Below are positions 36,001-45,800 of a stretch of DNA of 64,000 nucleotides, piece by piece. Position 1 is the stretch's first letter; each line of letters begins with the position of its first letter. Source of the DNA: Macrostomum lignano (lineage: Eukaryota); assembly GCA_002269645.1 (NCBI GenBank), contig NIVC01000309.1, forward strand, positions 62,001-126,000, in the 5' to 3' direction. A program made the translations under genes and the position numbers. A model generated the notes under the pieces. That model was not told where the DNA came from. It was given only the letters and a program-made list of their open reading frames with translations, and ran no database searches.

Positions 36001-39000
36001 CTCTCAAAGGACAGGGGAGAGACTCTCACAGAACAAACTCAACTGAATCTTCAATAATCTGTCGGTAGCTGACTTGGCCCTGTTATCAATGGATAATGGG
36101 ATAATTCTGAGGCAATAAATCCCGAGGCCAAATTACTACTACCCAGCAAGACTAGGCCCTCATTTGTTAGGCTTTAATTTTACGATTATGCTGCTAAAAA
36201 ACCTTAGCGGACCTATCGATGTTAGCTTTGCTTCTTAAACCGAGTTTTACGAGGGCATTATTACCCAGGCCCTCAACCTCTCTCCTGGGGGTGTCAAGTC
36301 ATCTTTCAGCTCTTTATCGCGGTGGAAAGGGAGTGGATAGCGGTTGTTCCCAAAACTGGCCTTTCGAAAGGAGGGGGCACAGATGGCCCGCGGATTTGGG
36401 ATTATCGGGGTGTGCGACTCTGTGTGTCTTTTTGACCCGACGGAGGAGGCGGCATCCTCTGTGATGCGTGTTGGTCCTCCGCTGCCGCCCAAGCCTCGGC
36501 GGCAAACATCAAAGAGAATCGGCGGCGGTCCCTTCCCCCAGCATCTTTCCCTGCCATTGGGCTGGTTCCTCTTCAGCTCGGGCAGCTGCCGGGTCAAAAG
36601 CCAAGGCCCTTTTTGTTTAGGCCATATATCTATCTATTAGTTAGCTTGCATAGCCGGGCTGCTTTAGTTGATGGCTTCACACGCCTGCGACTGTCAGCGC
36701 ATTGCTAAGAGGGTTGGAGGGACATTGCGGACTCTGCCGCGGCCTGGAGCGAATGGAATGCAGAGAATTTCTTTCACCCAGGCCATTGCAACGGTTCTTC
36801 TTCAGCAAGCGGTGTCAGTCATACTCCTGCCGCCTATTAATACTGCCGAATAGCAGAGGGCTGGGCTGGATGCGTGACAAAAAGATTTATAATAAAACTG
36901 TGTAATTATCATTGGGCTCGTTTGAAGCTGTACAGTTTATGGGCATGATGTCGTGGACTTCGTTTTCTACTAGAAGCCTGGACTGGAAGCCAAGGAGAGA
37001 AACTTGAAACTTGAGCAGAATTCGAAATTTCGAAAATAGATTATTTAACTCTCGTAGTGCGTCCAGCCCCAGGCAGATTTTTTCAGGAAACATGGCACCA
37101 GACATGACTGAATCTCTCCCCTGTCCTGTGAGTCTCTTCCCTGTCCTGTGAGAGTCTCTTCCCTGTCCTGTGAGAGTCTCTCCCTTGTCCTGTGAGAGTC
37201 TCTTCCTGTCCTGTGAGTCTCTTCCCTGTCCTGTGAGAGTCTCTCCCTTGTCCTGTGAGAGTCTCTTCCTGTCCTGTGAGTCTCTTCCCTATCCTGTGAG
37301 AGTCTCTCCCTTGTCCTGTGAGAGTCTCTTCCTGTCCCGTGAGTCTCTTCCCTGTCCTGTGAGAGTCTCTCCCCTGTCCTGTGAGAGTCTCTCCCCTGTC
37401 CTTTGAGAGTCTCTCCCCTGTCCTGTGAGAGTCTCTCCCCTGTCCTTTGAGAGTCTCTCCCCTGTCCTGTGAGAGCTCTCCCCTGTCCTGTGAGAGTCTC
37501 TCCCCTGTCCTGTGAGAGTCTCTTCCTGTCCTGTGAGTCTCTTCCCTGTCCTGTGAGAGTCTCTCCCTTGTCCTGTGAGAGTCTCTTCCTGTCCTGTGAG
37601 TCTCTTCCCTGTCCTGTGAGAGTCTCTCCCCTGTCCTGTGAGAGTCTCTCCCCTGTCCTTTGAGAGTCTCTCCCCTGTCCTGTGAGAGTCTCTCCCCTGT
37701 CCTTTGAGAGTTTCTCCCCTGTCCTGTGAGAGTCTCTCCCCTGTCCTGTGAGAGTCTCTTCCTGTCCTGTGAGTCTCTTCCCTGTCCTGTGAGAGTCTCT
37801 CCCTTGTCCTGTGAGAGTCTCTTCCTGTCCTGTGAGTCTCTTCCCTGTCCTGTGAGAGTCTCTCCCCTGTCCTGTGAGAGTCTCTCCCCTGTCCTTTGAG
37901 AGTCTCTCCCCTGTCCTGTGAGAGTCTCTCCCCTGTCCTTTGAGAGTCTCTCCCCTGTCCTGTGAGAGTCTCTTCCCTGTCCTGTGAGAGTCTCTCCCCT
38001 GTCTTGTGAGAGTCTCCCCTGTCTTTCACCTCCTGCTTTCCCACTTGCTCCCTGAAATGTACCGAGATAAAGTTGAAAATCCCATTTAAATGACGACAAC
38101 CTACATTTTTTGTTATTCGTTTCTCCCAGTCCAGGCTGAATCCCAGACATCCGCGGTTCACTTCAAACAGACCGGCAGTGCATCGGGCGAGGAGGGGATT
38201 AAATTAATTTTTTTCGAACTCTTCACCCAGGTTTTTGGTTGATATAAACATTTTCCCAATGCCTCCTAGGGAAGTGATAAACATCCCCACTTTCGAGACA
38301 CAGCTACTGGGCCCTGTAAACTTGCGGTCTCTGGTGATCTATGACTGACTGACTGGCTGGCTCCATGGACTAACCAATGGGGCTTTGTCCTGGGACTGAT
38401 GACACCTGGAACCAATGCTTTGCATCGATTCTGGAAAACGACACATCATCATCATCATCCCACGGGAGTCTGGGACAGAACCGGTCTGTCTAAGAAAATT
38501 GTTTATACAGTCCGCTCAGCTCTGTTTAGCCGCAGAGGGCCATTAAAAGCGGCATCTCCCTTTTCAGTGGCTATGGGAGTTTTGCAACAGTTGAGCCCAC
38601 AGTATGAATGAGATTATGGAGCAAGCCGAGTCAAATAAAATTTTATGGGATGAGATAAAAATAGGGAATAAAACCGCGAGGTAGATATCGGATGGTAGAA
38701 CTGCTACAGGATATCTTGGAAACGTTTTTGTTTACCCGTCATTTTTGCTTAAATTATCATCAATCCACCTCGATCCGCCCCCGATCCGCCCCCGATCCGC
38801 TCCCGATCCGCTCCCAATCCGCTCCCGATCCGCTCCCGATCCCCCCCGATCCGCTCCCGATCCGCTCCCGATCCGCTCCCGATCCGCCCCAGATCCGCTC
38901 TCGATCCGCCCTGATCCGCCCCAGATCCGCTCTCGATCCGCCCTGATCCGCCCCAGATCCGCTCTCGATCCGCCCTGATTCGCCCCCAATCCGCTCCCGA

Positions 39001-41296
39001 TCCGCTCCCGATCCGCCCCCGACAAGCGGCCACTCACGCAGAACAGCAGGTCACCCTGTCGCATGCCGGCAGCCCAGGCTGGCGAGTCGCGGTCCACCTT
39101 GGCAACAAACACCAGGCCGAATACGGCCGCGGCAGCGGCGGTAGTTGAGTCCTGAACGCGACGGGGAGGCCAATCGGCGATTCAGTTTATGAGCGAACAA
39201 GGACTGGGAAAAGCTTATGGGAGGAACAACTATTTAGGAAAGCAAAGAATGAGGTTCAGATTGAGATAAGAATGAGATTTAAAACGAGAAGAATGAGATA
39301 AGAATGAGATTCAGGAAGAGATAAGAATGAGATTCAGGAAGAGATAAGAATGAGATTCAGGAAGAGATAAGAATGAGATTCAGGAAGAGATAAGAATGAG
39401 AGTCAGAAAGAGATAAGAATGAGATTTAAAACGAGAAGAATGAGATAAGAATGAGATTCAGGAAGAGATAAGAACGAGATTCAGGAAAGAGATAAGGATG
39501 AGATTTAAAAAGGGAAGAATGAGATAAGAATGAGATTCAGGAAAGAGATAAGGATGAGATTTAAAAAGAGAAGAATGAGATAAGAATGAGATTCAGGAAA
39601 GAGATAAGGATGAGATTTAAAAAGAGAAGAATGAGATAAGAATGAGATTCAGGAAAGAGATAAGGATGATATTTAAAAAGGGAAGAATGAGATAAGAATG
39701 AGATTCAGGAAAGAGATAAGGATGAGATTTAAAAAGAGAAGAATGAGATAAGAATGAGATTCAGGAAGAGATAAGAATGAGATTCAGGAAGAGATAAGAA
39801 CGAGAGTCAGAAAGAGATAAAGATGAGATTCAGAAAGTGATAAGAACGAGATTCAGGAAGAGAGTTAGAGTGAATCACAAACAAGCACTCGAGTGACAAG
39901 AGGATAGACTGGAGTGACAAGAGTAGAGTGAACCAAGAGCTCCACAGTGATGCAACCAACCATCCTGGAGAGCTCAGCAGCCTGCAGCCGACCTCCGGCG
40001 AGGGTGACGCCCCATTGAACGGCTGCATCCGCGCGGCGCAAGATGAAAGTTTTCTGCCAAGCGGCGCTCAGCACCGCGCTCGGCGTTACTTTTGTAGGAA
40101 AAGTCTGAAATTTAAGAAAAAATTAAAACAAAAAATAGACTTTCTAATTAGTGCTTTCAAGCTGTCGACCCTGGGTAGGGGCTTAAGTGGAATCAAACGA
40201 TAGAATAACATTCCAGCAGAGAGTCAAACAGCAGTCACCGCGGCCCCGCCCGCCCGACAGCAACAATTCTCCCCTTTGTCCTCATTCAAATTCCATATTC
40301 TCCCCTCCCAAATTGAGGAGGAAAAGGCACGATTTTAGCAGACAGCAAAAACAGCCTCTCTCTCTCTCTCAGCTGCTTTCTCTTGTCACTTCCGCAGATG
40401 CCCGCCCACCGCCCGCTGTGTGCACCGCATGGGGTCGCGCTGAAGTCCTCCGAAGCCCATGGATACAATCAATCTGAAGGCAGCTAAGGATCTCAGAGTC
40501 TTTATCACAGCCCCCCCCCCCCGAATAGTGAGGCATTCCAGTGCAAGTATAACAAGAAGCGAAAAGTTGAAAAAAAGCACAAGCAAAACTAACAAAGCGC
40601 CCACTCTCAAGGGCTGTTCAGCAGCTGGGCTACAATGGACTGGGAGCAGAATTTCTACGCAGACACGGTCGATGGGAGTTCAACAGGCAGACAGAATGGC
40701 AGGCAACCCTGAACAATACGCAACTCGTGCTCATGTGGTGCAGGTCATGGGAGCGAGCCATCTGCTATCCATCTGCAGTTATCGACGCGGAGTTACGCAA
40801 GACCAACTCGACCCTTCATTCAACAGCTCAAAAAAGAACGAAAAAGCAACGATTTATGGCCTGCTGGAGACAGAGCCTTTTGTATTCCTGTCAAGTGTTG
40901 TTGGGCTTCTGTCGAAAGCCACTAAAACTCTTCGTTTCTTCTTTCCATGCAGTTTGTGGCTCCATACAGCGACCCGTTTTCGGCAATAGAAGCACAAAAA
41001 GCTGTTTTTATGACAACCAAGACTTGCGTTTAATGACCTCCATCTGACCTCCAACAGCTGTCGCCAAAAAGGATGTGAAACAAAGCGGCAGCCATAGTCA
41101 GCTCAATGAGTCCTATTCAGGATGATCAAGGATGCAGTTGAAGAAGTCAACTTGACCTCAAGTCCTATAGTCCCGTGCTCGACATATCTATTGTTTCTTT
41201 TTTTTCTGTTGAAGATGCTCAAGAGTTTCACGTAATATCCGGGCAAGTGGAGACTGGAACCTGTTTTACCTGACTTTGTGAATCATACTGACTCAT
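21154..41296 (-). CDS. PDZRN3: PDZRN3/PDZRN4 (LNX3/4; Drosophila Slip1-like) two-PDZ protein, ~693 aa: join(41296..41270, 40104..39961, 39151..39038, 27934..27423, 27006..26862, 23668..23558, 22182..21154)
   Basis: PDZ1: [16 protein letters not shown] / [25 protein letters not shown] / [34 protein letters not shown]2: EFDYE|[24 protein letters not shown]|[24 protein letters not shown]. Family C-terminal motif [40 protein letters not shown]; ends LVSVNFV. All introns GT-AG with consistent phases; total 2082 nt = 694 codons. The 27-nt first exon is the least certain, and orthology within the family is unresolved. Confidence 0.88.
22268..23425. repeat. 15-bp G-rich minisatellite (GGGGTTGAAGGGATC) filling PDZRN intron 6
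   Basis: Visible periodicity. Confidence 0.95.
23712..25205. repeat. 33-bp minisatellite (TTCATCTACAGACCCATCTATGGCATCAGTTCA)
   Basis: Visible periodicity; ORFs are 11-aa repeats. Confidence 0.97.
26295..26780. repeat. 24-bp minisatellite (GTGACACCTGGATTAGGTATCGGA)
   Basis: Visible periodicity. Confidence 0.95.
27023..27415. repeat. 24-bp minisatellite (GGGATTTCAGTATGGGATCTGRTT) filling almost all of PDZRN intron 4 (27007-27422)
   Basis: Visible periodicity. Confidence 0.95.
28035..28458. repeat. 39-bp minisatellite (CACTCTGGAACCCTAATGAACTCTCCTGCAATTATTTGT)
   Basis: Visible periodicity. Confidence 0.95.
29908..30125. repeat. (CTAT)n microsatellite
   Basis: Direct reading. Confidence 0.98.
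30908..31420. repeat. 31-bp minisatellite (TTGGATGAGATGGGACTCAACTACTATCATC)
   Basis: Visible periodicity. Confidence 0.95.
33140..36034 (+). repeat. ~22-bp purine-rich minisatellite (GGACAGGGGAGAGACTCTCACA), interrupted by a SINE
   Basis: Visible periodicity with length variants. Confidence 0.95.
34369..34733 (-). mobile_element. tRNA-derived SINE with A-tail and target-site duplication
   Basis: Minus strand reads GGGGCCGTAGCCCAGCGG (A box) ... GGCTCGATTCC (B box) and ends TCTAATAAAAAAAAA. Flanked by ACTCTCACATGAT (34356-34368) and ACTCTCACATAAT (34734-34746). Confidence 0.8.
37110..38022 (-). repeat. Same ~22-bp minisatellite as 33140-36034, in opposite orientation
   Basis: TGTGAGAGTCTCTCCCCTGTCC is the reverse complement of the unit; the ORF track shows the same peptides on opposite strands. 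Confidence 0.95.
38765..39020. repeat. 11-bp minisatellite (CCGATCCGCTC)
   Basis: Visible periodicity, ending ~18 bp from the donor of PDZRN exon 3. Confidence 0.9.
39285..39865. repeat. 23-bp-based purine-rich minisatellite (GAGATAAGAATGAGATTCAGGAA)
   Basis: Visible periodicity. Confidence 0.9.
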
Positions 41297-41906
41297 GGCA
41301 GTACGAACTGGACTGCTAACGGATTTTTTCAATTGACAATAAAATAAATTGCCACCCCCGACTGCAAACAGGGCTCTGTTCGGATTGCGTAACCAGCGCC
41401 TTGCCCTCGGGCCACAGATGGGCCACAGATGGATCTGCCGAGGAAACACAGAGCGACAGTTAGCGGAAGAGGGACTCATAATTAGATTTCGACGTGTGGC
41501 ATATTTGATGAGGAACAGAGCTGGCCTCCTCCCCTGAGGGGAGGAGGGAAGAAAGAGAAAGAGAGGGTGTCAGTTGTCACTCCGGGTCTTTGTGCGTTAA
41601 ATTTGTTACGTCATACATTGACACAACCGACCCACGCTTTACTCTGCGACACTTCGTCACTCACCGAATTCTGACGCCCGTTGAAGGCGACCAAGTCGAT
41701 TTGGTCCAGTAGAACCATGACTCTCACAGCGGGTTGGTTGGTTCCGCCCTCTCGTACTCGAGTGATGAAGCGGATTGCTCCAGGAGTGGTCTCAGACTGC
41801 CAGTCTGTGGGAGAGACTGTCGGAGCAACTGCGGCTTTTATAATAACCGCCTCGACGTTCCAGGGTCTGCGTCGCGGGTCTCCCCGCCTCTCCCCTCCAT
41901 CGAGCG

Positions 41907-41942
41907 ATTGGGGACGGGTGGGGACCCCGCCCCCCAACCAAT
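41907..41942. promoter_or_regulatory. Candidate bidirectional promoter core: ATTGG (41907-41911), GC box CCCCGCCCCC (41925-41934), CCAAT (41938-41942)
   Basis: Oppositely oriented CCAAT boxes flank a GC box in the ~1.55-kb gap between the divergent PDZRN (ATG 41296) and channel 1 (ATG 42851) genes. Motif match only. Confidence 0.4.
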
Positions 41943-42082
41943 AGGAAGTGCTTTGACTTGCTTCTGGTCAAACATTCGCTCTCAGCAATGTGAATGTAAA
42001 AACCCTTAGCGCTTACTATTAGTAGGCGAATCAGCATGTTAAAATACAGTGACAGTGATGTTGTGGGAATGTCCTCCTAAAA

Positions 42083-42432
42083 CATGGCTCGGCAAAGTCC
42101 GGCCCGCTCAAAGCTTGTGTCTCTTCTTTCCTCTCTCTCTCCTCTCCCTCCCTTCTCTCCTCTCTCCTTTTCTCTCCTCTTCTCCCTCTCCTCTTTCCTT
42201 TCCTACCTCCTTTCTTTTCTCTCCTCTCCTCTCACTTCATCGATTGCATCCCTCCTCTTCTCTTTTATACCCTTACCTCTACTTTCTCCTATCCCTCTTC
42301 TCTCTTCTCGCTTCTCTCTTCTCTCTTCTCTCTTCTCTCTTCTCTCTTCTCTCTTCTTTCCCCCTCATCCGGCCCGAAGTCTGCTCTGGGTTCTCTATTT
42401 GGCCCTTGTTATAAAAAGCTTGCCGACCCCTG
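42083..42432. mobile_element. hAT-type MITE with a CT-rich interior
   Basis: Imperfect TIRs CATGGCTCGGCAAA / CTTGCCGACCCCTG. Perfect 8-bp TSD TCCTAAAA at 42075-42082 and 42433-42440. Confidence 0.85.
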
Positions 42433-42850
42433 TCCTAAAACTATAGCAAACCATGCGGGAGGCCCACAAATCATCCATATTAGCAGCTTGAGTTCAGTAG
42501 AGCAGCATCGTAAACAGTGCTCATACCAGTTTATCTTAAAATAAATTGCTTTGTTTTCCCCATAAAGCTGTAATTGCGTCAGCCAATATTGCTCCCAGCA
42601 GCTACCTATCTGAGGCTAACTGACTTCAGTTGTAGGCTATGGGGCCGCTTGGTTGAAATTAATTATTCCAGGCTCAACCGTTGTTGTTTGCCTCCGATGA
42701 AAAATGGCCAACAATCTATATTTATATATACTGCTTCCCACACAGAGGTCATAATCCGCTATTGTTTGAGTATCTGTGAGCTCCGCTAAAAACTAGCCAA
42801 CGTCCTCAGTAAAGTATATTTACTGATAGTGGCCTTTGTTGCGATCTCAA

Positions 42851-45800
42851 ATGGCAACGAGTCTCGGCAGTTGGATAAAGGAGAAGTTTAAAAAGGCTGG
42901 GAGCTGCGCCGGTTGCTACAAGCGAATGTACTCTGCCAGCAAGTCCTCAGCAGAATCGGTCAGGCCAGCGGAGCCAGCCGAGATGCAGGAAGCTCAAAAA
43001 GCCAACATCGGCGACACTGACGAAAAGGACGACAAAAGCGACAAGTCGATTTTGATGTCGCTGATGAGCTTCGCAGATTCCACCACTGCTCACGGGTTCT
43101 CTCGGCTGGCCGGCTCCTCAGGTCGAACTGGCAGCGGCCTGTGGCTGCTGTTTCTTCTGGCGGCCTACGCGGGCCTCTGCTACCACACTGCCACGCTGGT
43201 CCTCAAGTTCCAGAGCCACCCGGTGTCCACCAGCCTGATTGCGGAGGTTCCATTCCAGTATCCGGATATCTACCTGTGCAGCGCCAATCCTGTAGGCTAC
43301 AGCCGCATCACCAAGTCCATCCAGAAGACGGCCGACTACGCCTACCTGTACGAGACCAATGTGACGGCTTACAACTTGAAGCTGCAGAGTGACGTCATCA
43401 ACAACAGTGCGGCAGATGTCAGCCTAGGAATCCACACCGCTTGGCTTAACTGGCAGACGGAGATTCTGTCTAGCAGGGTCAATCTGTCGAAAGGTGCGTC
43501 GAATTTTAAAAATTACATTACTGGTTGAGATTGACGAAATATGGAGTTTTTTTTCAAAAAAATCACTTTCCACAAAAATACAGACTTTTTCAACAGCTGC
43601 AGGATCTCTCTGCAAGGGGAAGAGTTCACAGGAAACTACACCACAGCGCTTACCTACAACCAGAGCCTGCAACCGATCCGAGTGCCCTGCGTCACCTGGT
43701 CTGAGGCCCGATCGCTCGTTTGCAACATCTCATCCACCATAGGAAACTTTGTGCCCAACCTGAATCACTCTTCCTGCCTGTACAACTCGAAGTTGGACGT
43801 TTTGATGACAAAGACTGTTCTGGGCAAGTGCAGCTCCTTAAACATGATTCTTAATCTGACGTCCAAGGATGCACTATTACTAAAAATTGCTTTCTGCCTA
43901 AAAACATTTGTAGGTGTTCCAAAATTAGACAGCAACTACACGATTGGCAAAGTAGTGCAAGGTCCGTTCTGCTTCCACAGATCTGGGAGTAGCGACAGCG
44001 GACTGGACATCAACTACTGCGGTGTGCCGTATTGCAGTGAGTTTTCTGTGCTTTTTTTGAGCTGAAAATTTTTCTTGTTTAACAATAGAACTACCAAGGA
44101 GGATTCCTCCTGACAGTGTACTCGTATTTTTGCACCGGAAGGGAGCATGGCTCTCGAAATTCTAAAACACGGGTTGAATTTTTGTTGCGCTCCTTCTGAA
44201 ACATGAATGAAGTCGCCAGCCCTCCAGACGGTCGAGATATTCAACGATTCTGCCAGAAGGTCGGATTTTTCCCATAAGCGCCAGTGTATTCAATACAACC
44301 TGTGCGCCAATTAGCACTGCGCCTCAGTGCAGCCTTGCCAAGCCTCCAAATTTCATGAGCATGTCGACCACATGTGTCTGCATCAGTTCGGACTTCGTTG
44401 GTCGCTGGCCTTCACCCAGACAGAGCTTCTGTCTGTAGACTTTACTAGACTAGATTATACTAGATTAGAACCAGACTAGAATAAGAATAGACTATACTAT
44501 ACTAGACTAGACTAGACTAGACTAGAATTAGACTAGACTAAAATAGAAATAGACTAGAACTAGACTAGACTAGGCTATACTAGACTAGACTAGACTAAAC
44601 TAGACTAGACTAGACTAGACTAGACTAGATTAGAATTAGACTAGACTAAAATAGAAATAGACTAGAACTAGACTAGACTAGGCTATACTAGACTAGACTA
44701 GACTAGACTAGATTAGAATTAGACTAGACTAAAACAGAAATAGACTAGAACTAGACTAGACTAGGCTAGACTAGACTAGACTAGACTAGACTAGACTAGA
44801 CTAGACTAGACTAGAATTAGACTAGACTAAAATAGAAATAGACTAGAACTAGACTAGACTAAGCTATACTAGACTAGACTAGACTAAACTAGACTAGACT
44901 AGACTAGACTAGACTAGATTAGAATTAGACTAGACTAAAATAGAAATAGACTAGAACTAGACTAGACTAGGCTATACTAGACTAGACTAGACTAGACTAG
45001 ATTAGAATTAGACTAGACTAAAACAGAAATAGACTAGAACTAGACTAGACTAGGCTAGACTAGACTAGACTAGACTAGATTAGACTAGACTAGACTAGAC
45101 TAGACTAGACTAGATTAGACTAGACTAGACTAGACTAGATTAGAATTAGACTAGACTAAAATAGAAATAGACTAGAACTAGACTAGACTAAGCTATACTA
45201 GACTAGACTAGACTAGACTAGACTAGACTAGACTAGACTAGATTAGAATTAGACTAGACTAAAATAGAAATAGACTAGAACTAGACTAGACTAGGCTATA
45301 CTAGACTAGACTAGACTAGACTAGATTAGAATTAGACTAGACTAAAACAGAAATAGACTAGAACTAGACTAGACTAGGCTAGACTAGACTAGACTAGACT
45401 AGACTAGACTAGACTAGACTAGACTAGAATTAGACTAGACTAAAATAGAAATAGACTAGAACTAGACTAGACTAAGCTATACTAGACTAGACTAGACTAA
45501 ACTAGACTAGACTAGACTAGACTAGACTAGATTAGAATTAGACTAGACTAAAATAGAAATAGACTAGAACTAGACTAGACTAGGCTATACTAGACTAGAC
45601 TAGACTAGACTAGATTAGAATTAGACTAGACTAAAATAGAAATAGACTAGAACTAGACTAGACTAGGCTATACTAGACTAGACTAGACTAGACTAGACTA
45701 GACTAGACTAGATTAGACTTGACTAGACTAGACTAGATTAGAATTAGACTAGACTAAAATAGAAATAAACTAGAACTAGACTAGATTAGGCTATACTAGA

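Noticed and set aside
36247-36640. ORFs in the unique core between the inverted arrays (including PPLPPKPR)
   Set aside because: Overlapping ORFs on both strands, no homology and no clear splice sites.
40459-41054. Possible decayed hAT transposase
   Set aside because: Only vague motif echoes; no termini or TSD found.
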